DNA from: a virus
Reading direction: 5' to 3' (one strand)
DNA: 64,000 nt
Virus record (IMG/VR): IMGVR_UViG_3300035698_005082
Location: 1 to 64,000 of that record
The notes under the pieces are model-generated. The model searched no databases, had not been told where the DNA came from, and saw only the letters and a program-made list of their open reading frames with translations. Made by a program: the position numbers and the translations under genes. Below are positions 9,329 to 19,929 of this stretch, one piece after another. How positions within the stretch are numbered: position 1 is the first letter of the stretch; each line of letters begins with the position of its first letter.

Positions 9329-11152
9329 ATGTCAGACTTACTTTTTTATACCAACTATAGTCCTGATCCTGGGAATTATTTCCTGGGTGATCAGATTAAA
9401 ACTGTAAAGATGTATAGGACTAAAAACCCAACACTATCCTTCTTCGCACCTCAAGGCGGTAGATTCGCTGCCACTGGTAGGCCATTTCAAGACGGCGAGT
9501 ATGATCTATATGAAGCTGGTAGAATAATAGACACAGAGTCATTAGTATCTAGATCATTCAATAAAAAGAACACCCTAGTGTTCAGAGACGGCTTCTCTAT
9601 AAAGTCGAAAAACGAGAGAAACTTAGAATATATAAAAAGAAGAATATCTGAAATAGAATACGTATCCCAAAAGTCATTCGATGAGATATTAAGAGAGTAT
9701 ACATATAATCTTATTGCATTTCATAATCCCTACATTGTAAAGGTTAGAAAGAAAAAAGCTTCATCTGGAAACATTAGAAAATATAGGGGTAAGAAAGAAG
9801 TACAGCCAGTAGCAGCCTACTATTGCTTGTCTCCAGAGACAATGCAAAAGAGGGTAGACAATGCTGGAGACCCAGTAAGATATAGGCAGTACATAGGTAG
9901 TGGTGGAAAGTTCAGAGAATTTGCTGAACATAATATAATATATACACCGTTCAATAAGCGCAGCGGCTTCACAATGGGCACACCGCCCCTGGAAGCTGTA
10001 AAAGAAGATATTCTTGCACTAAGAAGAATAGAAGAGTCGGTAGAGACCCTTATATATAAATCACTATTCCCGATAATACATGTAAGTGTTGGAACAGATA
10101 AATTCCCTGCAAAGACATTACCAAATGGAATGTCTGAAGTAGATGCAGCCACAAAGCTTCTAGAAAGTGTTGACGATAATGGTGGAATCGTAACATCTGA
10201 AAGGGTAGAGATAAAAGCAATAGGTGCAGAATCTCTTGCTCTAAGAGTAGAAACATATCTTGAATACTTCAAGAAAAGGGTTTTTGCTGGTCTAGGCATG
10301 TCTGCAATAGATTTTGGCGATGGAGATTCTACAGGTAGAGCAACTGGAGAAGTACTATCCTCAGCTCTTCGTGATTCTGTAATAACCTACCAGTTTATAG
10401 TGTCAGAAATGATAACTAAAGAGATATTCACTGAGCTTCTATTAGAGTCAGGTAGATATGAACATCCATTTGAAATAGATGATAACGACATCGTTGAGCT
10501 AATGTTCAACACAGTTGACAGAAGAGAAACTATTAAGATAGAGAGCCATACCTTAAACAAGATGGCACATGGGATACTTAAGGTAAACGAAGCTAGAGAA
10601 GAATTAAATCTACCACCATTGGAAGATGATGATCTACAGGAATTGCACATGATTAAAATGCAAGACTTGGCTAATAAACAAGAAATAGAGCTATTAAAGG
10701 AATCTATTAAGGCGCAGCCTAAACCTACCGCAACAGGCGCTACCCTTAGTAAGACTACTACCAAGACCAAACCTAAACAATCTAAACAGTCTGGGGCTAA
10801 AAATAATACTAAGTCGATTACAAAACCAACTAATCAAAATTCTGATAGCGCTATACTTGTAAACCGGTTGTCAGTTTATGTAGATAACGTAGGAGATATT
10901 GGCTTAGTCATGAACAAAATCCATAGAGAACTTGTAGACTATGCAGTAAAGAAACTATCTCATGGCCTAATAGATGCTAGAGATTATATTCCAGAAGAAA
11001 TAGACGACATAGTGAATCAGTATACATCAGAACTATTTGACTTCATATCGGAACCATCTAATGGATTTATCCAAATTAGACAACAGTTAAAGAAAACTGT
11101 TGACAAATTAAGCATATACGTAAATAATATAGACTCAGGACTACAACAATGA
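9329..11152 (+). CDS. Portal protein
   Basis: 607 aa between terminase and protease/MCP; portal-like GFTMGTPPLEAV, RVFAGLGMS, GILKVNEAREELNLPPL. Confidence 0.85.
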   Translation: MSDLLFYTNYSPDPGNYFLGDQIKTVKMYRTKNPTLSFFAPQGGRFAATGRPFQDGEYDLYEAGRIIDTESLVSRSFNKKNTLVFRDGFSIKSKNERNLEYIKRRISEIEYVSQKSFDEILREYTYNLIAFHNPYIVKVRKKKASSGNIRKYRGKKEVQPVAAYYCLSPETMQKRVDNAGDPVRYRQYIGSGGKFREFAEHNIIYTPFNKRSGFTMGTPPLEAVKEDILALRRIEESVETLIYKSLFPIIHVSVGTDKFPAKTLPNGMSEVDAATKLLESVDDNGGIVTSERVEIKAIGAESLALRVETYLEYFKKRVFAGLGMSAIDFGDGDSTGRATGEVLSSALRDSVITYQFIVSEMITKEIFTELLLESGRYEHPFEIDDNDIVELMFNTVDRRETIKIESHTLNKMAHGILKVNEAREELNLPPLEDDDLQELHMIKMQDLANKQEIELLKESIKAQPKPTATGATLSKTTTKTKPKQSKQSGAKNNTKSITKPTNQNSDSAILVNRLSVYVDNVGDIGLVMNKIHRELVDYAVKKLSHGLIDARDYIPEEIDDIVNQYTSELFDFISEPSNGFIQIRQQLKKTVDKLSIYVNNIDSGLQQ

Positions 11153-12876
11153 AACAACACTCTTTTAAATTAAAACTGAACAAGACATCTAGGGATCTAT
11201 TAGATAGTGCTAGATCCAAAGGGAAGCTGAAAAAGCTTACTGCTAAAATAGAGGCTACCCATTCAGGTATAGTTAATAAAAATAAATGGTTTTATACACC
11301 TGCTGGTATGAGAGATGGAACGTCTACGTTCACTGAGCCTAATAATAAACCAATATTATTGAACCATGATTCTTATAGCGATGCTTTAGGAAGAGTGACA
11401 GAAGCTGAATACATATCATATTATGATATTGAAGAAGTAGGCCTGAAAGATACTATAGACTCAGCATCTTATATTAGTAATATTAAAGATTTTGTAAAAG
11501 GCGACCTCTTTAATGAGGACACCTATAAAGGTCTTGGACATATACTTCTAACTGTGCAGATAACAGATGAACTAGCCATTGAGAAACTTCTCGATGGAAG
11601 ATATCTAACTGTATCTATTAGTGGAGATACAGAACAAGCTGTTTGTTCTGTATGTGGACAAGATAATAAAAACCTAAAGGATGGCGAAGAGCCATGCGAG
11701 CATCTCAGGGGCGAGATGTATGATGGTGAAGAAGCATTCCTTATAGGCGGCAAGATGTTATTCGATGAAGTATCATTCGTTAACAAACCAGCAGATGAGA
11801 ATGCAAAGGTTAGCTCACTTGGTGACAGCATTAGCCTAGAGGACAGTACCTCGCTTCAAGATTTAATAATCTTGGATTTTGAAATTGATAAAACAGGAGA
11901 TGAGAAATTGAAAATTAAATTATCCGATCTAATTACAGATGATAGTCTGTATAGTAAACTGGATGATGCTCTTAAGTCCCTCAACTTGAGCCATCTTTTG
12001 GCTGATGATGTGACTTTAAATAAACTAAGAAAAACAAGTTTTCTTTTTAGTGATGAAAGAGCACTACCTATTCATTCAGGAGCATACGTTCTAGCTGCAT
12101 ACGCAATACTGGATGAAGTAGAAGATAGTAAAGAAAAAGCAGATGCATTAGCTGTGCTTGACAATAAGTTCGCTAAGTTATTTGGCAATCTGTCTATAGA
12201 AGATGCAACTAATTCCATAAAAAAAGAAGAAGAAGTCATTAAAGATGATAAAGTAGTTGAAAACATACCCGCTTTTGATGTAGACTATGATCTTATTGTT
12301 GACAAGATCACTGAGAAGCTAAAAGATCTCTTTAATCTAGACGACTCCTTCTTAGCTAGAAGAAACGAATCTCTTGAAGATGAAATGTCTTCACTGGAAG
12401 CAGAGAATGTAAAATTGGTTGATTCATTAAGATCAACAATTATCTTGCAAATTCTTCAAGCAGAAGATAAGATTTCAGATGAAGGTTATAGAAGTAAGCT
12501 TCAGTCAAGAACACTAGATTCGCTCAAGGATAAACTTGACGACCTTTTGCCTAGCGCAAATGTCGAAGATGATGGTGCAACTGATGGTGACGATAAAGGC
12601 ATTTCTGATAGTCAAAAGTTAGATTCTTACGGAAACGTTATTACAGATACAGACGCCAGCATCCAAGATGCGGTAGAAAACGAAGGTGAAGAGACTCAGC
12701 TTGCTGATGAAGCACCCAATAAAGATTTGGATGACGACGAAAGCGACAAGCTGACGATTAACCAAATCAGAGATGAGTATAAAAAACTCATTCAAAAGAA
12801 AGGAATGAGAGCAGCTTCTGGTTACTTATCAGATCTAAGGGAAGCTAAAAAGCTACCTACTAATTTTACCTTTTAA
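11149..12876 (+). CDS. Prohead protease with C-terminal scaffold region
   Basis: EATHSG..NKN, PILLNHD...LGRV, YLTVSIS, CSVCG..CEH, FDEVSFVNKPAD; C-terminal half is acidic and coiled-coil. Confidence 0.8.
   Translation: MKQHSFKLKLNKTSRDLLDSARSKGKLKKLTAKIEATHSGIVNKNKWFYTPAGMRDGTSTFTEPNNKPILLNHDSYSDALGRVTEAEYISYYDIEEVGLKDTIDSASYISNIKDFVKGDLFNEDTYKGLGHILLTVQITDELAIEKLLDGRYLTVSISGDTEQAVCSVCGQDNKNLKDGEEPCEHLRGEMYDGEEAFLIGGKMLFDEVSFVNKPADENAKVSSLGDSISLEDSTSLQDLIILDFEIDKTGDEKLKIKLSDLITDDSLYSKLDDALKSLNLSHLLADDVTLNKLRKTSFLFSDERALPIHSGAYVLAAYAILDEVEDSKEKADALAVLDNKFAKLFGNLSIEDATNSIKKEEEVIKDDKVVENIPAFDVDYDLIVDKITEKLKDLFNLDDSFLARRNESLEDEMSSLEAENVKLVDSLRSTIILQILQAEDKISDEGYRSKLQSRTLDSLKDKLDDLLPSANVEDDGATDGDDKGISDSQKLDSYGNVITDTDASIQDAVENEGEETQLADEAPNKDLDDDESDKLTINQIRDEYKKLIQKKGMRAASGYLSDLREAKKLPTNFTF
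11908..12876 (+). CDS. Putative nested in-frame scaffolding protein (internal TTG start, 322 aa)
   Basis: AGGAG at 11895-11899, 8 nt before an in-frame TTG right after the protease domain; would begin MKIKLSDLI. Confidence 0.5.
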   Translation: MKIKLSDLITDDSLYSKLDDALKSLNLSHLLADDVTLNKLRKTSFLFSDERALPIHSGAYVLAAYAILDEVEDSKEKADALAVLDNKFAKLFGNLSIEDATNSIKKEEEVIKDDKVVENIPAFDVDYDLIVDKITEKLKDLFNLDDSFLARRNESLEDEMSSLEAENVKLVDSLRSTIILQILQAEDKISDEGYRSKLQSRTLDSLKDKLDDLLPSANVEDDGATDGDDKGISDSQKLDSYGNVITDTDASIQDAVENEGEETQLADEAPNKDLDDDESDKLTINQIRDEYKKLIQKKGMRAASGYLSDLREAKKLPTNFTF

Positions 12877-12904
12877 AAATAAATATTAAGGAGAACAAAT
12901 AAAA

Positions 12905-13843
12905 ATGGCTAACAATCCTTACAGTCTAATTCACAACCAAGCTGGTGGTGTCAAGTATAAGCAATTTGACGAACAGGGCCACATTACACCAAACTTCGAA
13001 TTCTCAGAAGGTATTCGTCCAGCTGGTTCTTTTATGCCAGCACCTTATCTTCCTGCCGTTCGCTTCAATGTTTACTTTGAAGAGTTCATTGTGCTTTCAG
13101 GTGGTAAAGTAGTATCTTTCGATTCATCTGGCTATGTAGTACCTGCAGGTTTAAGAAAAGAAGCTGCAGCTTATAAAGCTGACTTTGATGTAAATGGTGA
13201 AGTATCTGCCGATGCACTAGTGACAGTTCGATATTCACAAAATGACGTAACTCGCGGAGTTTTCAACTCTGCCGGTGTTGCCGTAGTTGATGGTGAACCA
13301 GTAGTTAAATCAATGTTCGATATCGCAACTGGTGCGCCACTTGCTGAGTTTGTAACTATTTCAAACCCTGTTGGGCTTGCATCATATAACTACTGGACAC
13401 ATCCAGGTGGTAACGGTGAAAACCCAGCACAATATAATGTTCAAAACTATAACTTGCAAAACAAGGTTGCATTCTTGACCGACTATGTCGTTCAGATGCC
13501 AGCAGTAACAGATAAGGCTACATATGATGCAGCTCCATACGCAGGTATGGGAGCATTGGTAGCAACAGTTGTTAAGCCTGGCATGTTTGTATCTTATGAT
13601 GCGGACTCTAATTTCTCAGTCATTGGCTATGAGATTGGTGCAGTTGATGCTGGTGAAGTAATCGGACAAGTACTAGAAGTTGATACCAACTTTCCAAAAG
13701 ACCTATTAGATCAGGTTAGAACTAGATACACAGAATTTGGTGAACTAGAAAAAATGCCAGGTAGTGCCACAGAAGGCAAGCCTGACACAATTACATACTC
13801 TGGTGGGTATGGACTAGTTACAATCAATCTAATTAATAGATAA
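12905..13843 (+). CDS. Capsid decoration/cement or minor capsid protein
   Basis: Directly upstream of the MCP; strong SD AAGGAG (12888-12893); high-expression codon style; beta-rich with IGQVL motif. Confidence 0.65.
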   Translation: MANNPYSLIHNQAGGVKYKQFDEQGHITPNFEFSEGIRPAGSFMPAPYLPAVRFNVYFEEFIVLSGGKVVSFDSSGYVVPAGLRKEAAAYKADFDVNGEVSADALVTVRYSQNDVTRGVFNSAGVAVVDGEPVVKSMFDIATGAPLAEFVTISNPVGLASYNYWTHPGGNGENPAQYNVQNYNLQNKVAFLTDYVVQMPAVTDKATYDAAPYAGMGALVATVVKPGMFVSYDADSNFSVIGYEIGAVDAGEVIGQVLEVDTNFPKDLLDQVRTRYTEFGELEKMPGSATEGKPDTITYSGGYGLVTINLINR

Positions 13844-13860
13844 TAGGAGCATAATAAAAA

Positions 13861-15075
13861 ATGACAGTTTTAAGAGACTACTGGACTCCAGAAGAGCTAG
13901 CAATAAAAGACGACATCCAAGATTTCCGTTTTGTTTTCCGTAATGGTGGTAAAACACCAGATGGCGACAAGATGAGCATCGAAGATGCTATCTCAACCCC
14001 TAGTTCTCCTATGATGTTCAAACGAGTAATCACAGAAGTGATTCAAGAGGCAATCGAGCCTAACCTAATCGGAACTTCACTGCTTAATCGTATTGACTAC
14101 GACGGCTATGGAAATACGATCACCTTTGGCACCATGGGTGCCATCTCTGGTGAGTTGGATATGGCAGAAGGTCAAGAATATCCAGAATTCGGCGTTCAAG
14201 TCGGAAATGGTACAGTCACTGCAAACATCGGTAAGTCCGGTCTTGCAATGAAGATAACCGAAGAAATGATCAAGTACTCTCAATGGGATGTTATCGGTCT
14301 TCACCTTCGTGCAGCTGGACGTGCTCTAGCTAGACACAAAGAAAGAAAGATTTTCGATATGCTAAATTCTATGGGTGTAGTTGTCTTTGACAATGCTGCT
14401 CCTACTACTTCTGAAATCGGACGTACTACAGGTCGTGACTTGACTGGCGCTGGTAACGGTTCCATGACAATGGATGACTTGTTCGACATGTATGCTAAAA
14501 CACTTGAAAGAGGATTCACACCGGATACAATCCTGGTGCATCCACTTACTTGGGCAACATGGCTTAAGGATCCAGTTTTAAGAGAATTCGCTCTTAATTC
14601 AGGCGGCGGACAATGGTATGGTGGTTTCAATGGAAGCCTATCACCACAGACTCCTGCTGTTTGGAATAACCTAGGTAAAATGCAAGCTCCTTCGGCAGCT
14701 GATGCACCACTAGGAGAGAGAGTCGGAACTCAGAACTCTACTCCAGTAATTCCTTCATACTTCCCATTCGGTGGTTTGAAGATTATTGCTACTCCTCAGG
14801 TTCCTTTTGATACAGCGACCAAGACCACTTCTATCGTAATGATGGACTCGAAAGAGCTAGGTGCTTTGGTTGTTGCAGAAGATCCAATGATGAAAGAGTG
14901 GAACGATCCAGCTAGAGATATCCTAAAGATCAAGCTTAGAGAAAGATATGGAATGATTTTATTCAACGAAGGTCTTGCAGTTTCGATTGCTAGAAATATC
15001 AGCGTTGAATCAAATGAAATCGTACTACCTCCTCAGGCTACAATCGCAGGGATAGCTCCTATAGTACGCAAGTAA
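13861..15075 (+). CDS. Major capsid protein (HK97 fold)
   Basis: 404 aa, SD AGGAG; MAEGQEYP, KSGLAMKITEEMI..SQWDVI, PDTILVHP, KLRERYG; followed by a strong terminator. Confidence 0.9.
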   Translation: MTVLRDYWTPEELAIKDDIQDFRFVFRNGGKTPDGDKMSIEDAISTPSSPMMFKRVITEVIQEAIEPNLIGTSLLNRIDYDGYGNTITFGTMGAISGELDMAEGQEYPEFGVQVGNGTVTANIGKSGLAMKITEEMIKYSQWDVIGLHLRAAGRALARHKERKIFDMLNSMGVVVFDNAAPTTSEIGRTTGRDLTGAGNGSMTMDDLFDMYAKTLERGFTPDTILVHPLTWATWLKDPVLREFALNSGGGQWYGGFNGSLSPQTPAVWNNLGKMQAPSAADAPLGERVGTQNSTPVIPSYFPFGGLKIIATPQVPFDTATKTTSIVMMDSKELGALVVAEDPMMKEWNDPARDILKIKLRERYGMILFNEGLAVSIARNISVESNEIVLPPQATIAGIAPIVRK

Positions 15076-15105
15076 ATAGAAGCAATATCTTAGGGATGAC
15101 CTAAT

Positions 15106-15138
15106 AAAGGGGTGAGCATGAAGCTCACCCCTTTTTTT
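15106..15138 (+). terminator. Rho-independent terminator after the major capsid gene
   Basis: GGGGTGAGC-ATGAA-GCTCACCCC perfect 9-bp stem followed by T7 and preceded by AAA. Confidence 0.92.
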
Positions 15139-15159
15139 GTTAGGTGTAAAACATTTTTA

Positions 15160-15168
15160 TGGTATACT
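15160..15168 (+). promoter_or_regulatory. Possible extended -10 promoter restarting transcription after the terminator
   Basis: TGgTATACT about 30 nt upstream of ATG 15198; no good -35 element. Confidence 0.4.
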
Positions 15169-15197
15169 AGAAACAATTAAAACATTAGAGGAAAATC

Positions 15198-15698
15198 ATG
15201 TTAATTAAAATATCTTTACTAAAGAAGTCGTTCTTCTTCCTAGATGGTCTAAATTTAAAAAAGGCTGATGGTGAAGTTGAGATAGAACTATCTACAAAAA
15301 CAGATGCGTTCAAAGCAACAATAGCTAGATCCATATCATCTGGCATACTTAGGTCTGATACAGATCCATCAGAAGTATTATCATTGATTGAAGATAATCT
15401 ATTCAAAGATAATCTTAAGGCAGTAATACTGCCAATAGGAAATGACTTTATTGATGTAGTGGAATCAGAAGTGGAAATAATGGACGTAGAAGTAGAGGAA
15501 GTTATAGCGCCCCCAGAAGCGGAGCAAATAGATGCTGCAGTAGATGGCAAAGTGTTTGATATCTTGAAGGGTACAAACAAGAGTGTTTCTGCAAAAATAA
15601 GAACAGCTAATCTATCTGACTCTGATAAAGAGACGCTTCTTAATAGAGAAATTAGTACTAAGAATAGAACGGTTATTAAAAAGCTACTAGGGGCTTAA
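15198..15698 (+). CDS. Hypothetical protein
   Basis: 166 aa with SD GAGG; acidic linker and C-terminal helical module ending E..KNRTVIKKL. Confidence 0.6.
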   Translation: MLIKISLLKKSFFFLDGLNLKKADGEVEIELSTKTDAFKATIARSISSGILRSDTDPSEVLSLIEDNLFKDNLKAVILPIGNDFIDVVESEVEIMDVEVEEVIAPPEAEQIDAAVDGKVFDILKGTNKSVSAKIRTANLSDSDKETLLNREISTKNRTVIKKLLGA

Positions 15699-15699
15699 T

Positions 15700-16812
15700 G
15701 TGTATAATTCACTAAGAGTAGAAGATGTACTCAATAGTGATGAGGAGTTACTAGCTTTTCCAATTGAAGGCACTATTAGAATTGCCTTTGACGGAAAGCC
15801 TGACTCTTATCTTCTTGATAGATACACTTATATAATAAGGCATGATTCGGATATAGATACCGCATTGCCTAATATTGGTGATAGATTTATTAGGGCTATT
15901 GGAGACGTAAATGTAGATAGATATGACGTTGTGCCAACTAGATCAGAGTCTAGTTTGGTTGATGGGTTATGGGTATTGTCATTGACGCCGGAAGAAGCAC
16001 TTATTCCAAATGCGGAATACTATGCTGTAATAAGCAAAAACTTACTACCGGAATACTACTCTAGTGAAAAAATAATATCACTTGGAAGTTCTTCTATACA
16101 GATACAGACTGACACGTCTGGAAATGGGGAAGATGCAACATACGTTGTAAACATAAGTACACAATCAGAGTTATCAACAGGATCGCACATAATAGAGTTT
16201 TCTGTCTTAAAAGATGGATTGTCTTATGCCGCATCTGTAACTATGGATATCAGGAAAGATCGTTATGAACTTTCTGATGGTGTATGGGTTTACTTCGATC
16301 CTAACGTGCCTTTCCTTGTAGGGGAAAGTTTTAGAGTAATCTGCACAACGTTCACAAGAATTGGTGAGACGCTACTACAACCAATTTCAACAAATATTCA
16401 GTCTAACCTCATCCAGCCTAGTCCTGAGATCCAATCTCAGCGTGTTGGAGAGTCTGATATAATAAAGTTTTATGAGGATAACGGTTGGGCATCAAGAGTC
16501 CCTGACAATGGCCCTGTGGCCGTTGGAAGCATAGTTGACTTAAGCTATGAATTCGTATACCCGAATACTATAATTATAGAGACTGGATCAGTCATAGATC
16601 CAGCTACATTGACTACAGATAAGATAAGTGTAGAAATTAGCTATGCCTTCGGCAACTACATGCTTACAAACATGGGGCTATATAATGAGGATGCAAAATA
16701 TAGCATAACATACTCAATACATAGTGGAACTAAAATAGTTATTATAGTAGATATAAGTGATGTGGTACCTAGTGGTCAAGACTTTATAGTGATTAATGGT
16801 GATGCTCCATAA
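15700..16812 (+). CDS. Ig-like domain virion protein
   Basis: IRIAFD...LSLTPEEALIPNAEYYAVIS resembles Big_5/SbsA-type Ig repeats; GTG start. Confidence 0.5.
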   Translation: MYNSLRVEDVLNSDEELLAFPIEGTIRIAFDGKPDSYLLDRYTYIIRHDSDIDTALPNIGDRFIRAIGDVNVDRYDVVPTRSESSLVDGLWVLSLTPEEALIPNAEYYAVISKNLLPEYYSSEKIISLGSSSIQIQTDTSGNGEDATYVVNISTQSELSTGSHIIEFSVLKDGLSYAASVTMDIRKDRYELSDGVWVYFDPNVPFLVGESFRVICTTFTRIGETLLQPISTNIQSNLIQPSPEIQSQRVGESDIIKFYEDNGWASRVPDNGPVAVGSIVDLSYEFVYPNTIIIETGSVIDPATLTTDKISVEISYAFGNYMLTNMGLYNEDAKYSITYSIHSGTKIVIIVDISDVVPSGQDFIVINGDAP

Positions 16813-18326
16813 TGAGTGAAACATATGAAAGCTTATTTGATGCTTATATTTCTCATAAGACACATCAACATTTGGACTTCTCCGTTATTCATTATGAGAA
16901 TGCAGGTGAGCTAGTTGCAAAGTACAGATATGATCCCACATCATTGTGGGATACAGACATAAGCCAATGGGTGGGGATACCAGAGGATACAACCAGAACC
17001 TCAATTGAGGCAGAGCCATTAACAAATATGCCATCATTCTTTGATCAGGATGGGATAAAAATTAGACCATTCAGGGCAAACACCGGAGCCACAAAAAATT
17101 TCTTGTCTTCAAGATTTGCATGGATGGATGGATTCGATGCAACACCATACCTTTCTTTTGTACACAGAAACAATCTTAATGGAACAACATCCCTAGCCCT
17201 ACTAGACGGCTCTCAGATTAATGAGAACATAGAGATCAAGTTTGGGGAATTCTTTCTTCTTACAAATAACATAAAAAGTATTAAACGATTTAATATAAAG
17301 ACAGAGTTATTACAGGATGATAATAACTCAACTGCATTTGTTAATCTAATATCTGCTCTAGACTATCCAGACTCAACAGAGAAGGGTAAGCCAGACTCAT
17401 TTATTAAATGGGAACTAGGATATGGACCCATAAGTAAAGATCAAAGACCGACATTCCTCAAAGAATACCCAGATATAAAACCAAGTGTAAACAGACTGGT
17501 TCACTCAGAAAATAGAAGAAGATGGGATAGCTTAAGATCTGATTGTATGACATGGATAGATATATATGATAAGTCTAATATAAATTATGACTTGGCGTCT
17601 AAGGCAGCTGATCCAAAAAGTACAATATGCAATATACGAGCAACAGTAGATGTTGCTAAACTAAAGATATATTTAGAAGAAAAGTTTGATCATGATTCAT
17701 ATGCTTCTGGATCTATGCAATATGACATTATATTATATCCGCCATCTATGTATTTATATCCTGCAGATTCTGTAATATCCGTAATAGAGCCATTAGTTAA
17801 TAACTCAAACGTATTCGCTGATAAAATAATATTCGAAGTTCAGAATTCCTTTAAGTCAGATGGTAATTTTCATTACAAGATAGATTTTACACAGTTTGAT
17901 ACTAAAGCAAAACCAGTATATACTACATCTTCATTTGGTGCTCACTCTAATCATGAACCAGATAACTGGTTCTTTTCTATAGATGGTATGGAAACATGGA
18001 ATCCAATATTAGGGTCAAAGCCAACCTTTGACAACTTCTTTAGGGAAGGACACGGTGCAGACGCAAACTTCACAACACACATAAAATATGTTTTCACATC
18101 TGATGTATTTGATATAGTAAGAGATTCATCAGTAATAACATTTAAAATAAGTCAGCTGGATGGAACACTTGTTCACTTCGCTGGAAGAAAGTTCTCCATG
18201 CCATATGAAAACGATATGGCAGACGGAGTACTAAGAGAGGATAAATTTTCATTACCTTATTCAAGCTTCATGCTTCTTGATAGTGAAAATAACTTTTTAG
18301 TTAAATATCTAAACGAAATCTCGTAA
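16812..18326 (+). CDS. Hypothetical structural protein
   Basis: 504-aa ORF, TAATG-coupled, within the post-capsid cluster. Confidence 0.55.
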   Translation: MSETYESLFDAYISHKTHQHLDFSVIHYENAGELVAKYRYDPTSLWDTDISQWVGIPEDTTRTSIEAEPLTNMPSFFDQDGIKIRPFRANTGATKNFLSSRFAWMDGFDATPYLSFVHRNNLNGTTSLALLDGSQINENIEIKFGEFFLLTNNIKSIKRFNIKTELLQDDNNSTAFVNLISALDYPDSTEKGKPDSFIKWELGYGPISKDQRPTFLKEYPDIKPSVNRLVHSENRRRWDSLRSDCMTWIDIYDKSNINYDLASKAADPKSTICNIRATVDVAKLKIYLEEKFDHDSYASGSMQYDIILYPPSMYLYPADSVISVIEPLVNNSNVFADKIIFEVQNSFKSDGNFHYKIDFTQFDTKAKPVYTTSSFGAHSNHEPDNWFFSIDGMETWNPILGSKPTFDNFFREGHGADANFTTHIKYVFTSDVFDIVRDSSVITFKISQLDGTLVHFAGRKFSMPYENDMADGVLREDKFSLPYSSFMLLDSENNFLVKYLNEIS

Positions 18327-18350
18327 AGACAAATACAATAGGATAAAAAT

Positions 18351-18869
18351 ATGGCTAACATAGTCTTAAGATTAAGCTCTGGCGATCTAGTAACAACTAC
18401 CTCCAATGGAGCAAACAGTTCACTCGGAGGCCAAATGGGTACTGATAGTAATGCAATACTCACCACGGCAAATACAACATTAAATAACCTTTTTGATAAT
18501 ATATCTAAGCTGGAAAATGGCAATGGTGTAACTGATTATAGGTGTGTATATATACATAACGATACAGCAGTACCAGGAGAAGTCTTTGCTAATGGCGTAA
18601 TATTTCTACAAGCAAGCACAAAGGCGACTATTGAAATAGGTGTTGGCACTAAGGGTGTTCTAGATGAGCTGATTGCCTCTGAGACCACAGCCCCTGCGGC
18701 AATAGTGTTCTCTTCTCCTACAGAAGGGGCTCCTCTACAGATAAGCGTAGATGACATTATAGACGTTGGAGAATCTGTACCAGTATGGATAAAAAGAACT
18801 GCCAATAACGTAGCTGGCGCAGGAACTATAACTGATATTATATCAATGGTTGTTAGAGGAATTGAATGA
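18351..18869 (+). CDS. Hypothetical virion structural protein
   Basis: 172 aa, SD AGGA; SLGG...NNLFDNIS...G.TDYRCVYIHN...VWIKR pattern, beta-rich. Confidence 0.6.
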   Translation: MANIVLRLSSGDLVTTTSNGANSSLGGQMGTDSNAILTTANTTLNNLFDNISKLENGNGVTDYRCVYIHNDTAVPGEVFANGVIFLQASTKATIEIGVGTKGVLDELIASETTAPAAIVFSSPTEGAPLQISVDDIIDVGESVPVWIKRTANNVAGAGTITDIISMVVRGIE

Positions 18870-19927
18870 ACCTATGGGCGCATGAAGGCGCAGGCTTTCT
18901 GTTTCCGGACTACATAGTAGGGCAGCTTGAGAAGCTTCCGATAGATGGATATGTAGTTGATTATCAAGAGCCAAGATCCTCAGACAGTGATCTATATGCA
19001 AATGATATAAACTATTCATGGTATGGTGACATAGACGATCTAGAATTCGATATAGGTAGTCCAGATATTGAGATGAATAGTATTGCATTCAGTATATCAA
19101 AGTTATCTTCGAGTCATCCTGTCACTAATGGTGGTGATGATACTTGGGGTAATCGCGTATTTGGATATCCTCTAGCTATAGCTAATATAACTGGTGAAAT
19201 TCAGTTTGGGCAAACAGACACTTCTGCTGCTATAACAGTATATTATCAGTTTCAACATTCATCTTCGTTAACTGTAGAAATCATAAGCTTTGACGCTGCC
19301 ACCAATACTGCTGTATACAATGTAGTCAATGGAGAAATGCGTACACCATTAGATGTATCTCTTTCTGATCTAATAGGTAAGCCAGCAGTGGTAGCATATA
19401 GGGCAAGAGAAGAAGACAGAACTCAAACTATACTAAGACAGATAGATCAACCTGCTCCAGGCTTAGCTGGTGTCCTGCAGGCTGGAGATATATCTATATT
19501 TTCAGAATACGGAGAAGCAGATTGTATTATATCAGGAGTTGTAGATCTGGGTGGTGGAAGCTTTAGGGTTACAGTAACTGCATCTGGGGAATACGAACAA
19601 TGGCAGTTTGAAACTGCTACAATATTCGCACCAGATAATCAAGAAATAGCTATAGCATGCCTTGGTTCTGGAACTTTGGCAGCAGATAATAATAAGTGGA
19701 CTTTGGTTAATGATACATTTACAGACTCCCCTGGAACTATTGGATTAGAAGGTTTCTCGTACATACAAGATTCAACAATACTTACTACTTCTAGGAAAGC
19801 TGTATCTCCAATAATAAGATTGGATCTACAGCCATTAGAAGTGCAAAAATTAATGGTCATAACAATAAAAGATCCCGCAAGAAATACATTTTCTGGCGGA
19901 GTACATTTTAGACTGTTCCAAGGATAA
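18866..19927 (+). CDS. Hypothetical beta-rich structural protein
   Basis: 353-aa acidic ORF with ATGA overlap. Confidence 0.55.
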   Translation: MNLWAHEGAGFLFPDYIVGQLEKLPIDGYVVDYQEPRSSDSDLYANDINYSWYGDIDDLEFDIGSPDIEMNSIAFSISKLSSSHPVTNGGDDTWGNRVFGYPLAIANITGEIQFGQTDTSAAITVYYQFQHSSSLTVEIISFDAATNTAVYNVVNGEMRTPLDVSLSDLIGKPAVVAYRAREEDRTQTILRQIDQPAPGLAGVLQAGDISIFSEYGEADCIISGVVDLGGGSFRVTVTASGEYEQWQFETATIFAPDNQEIAIACLGSGTLAADNNKWTLVNDTFTDSPGTIGLEGFSYIQDSTILTTSRKAVSPIIRLDLQPLEVQKLMVITIKDPARNTFSGGVHFRLFQG

Positions 19928-19929
19928 AG

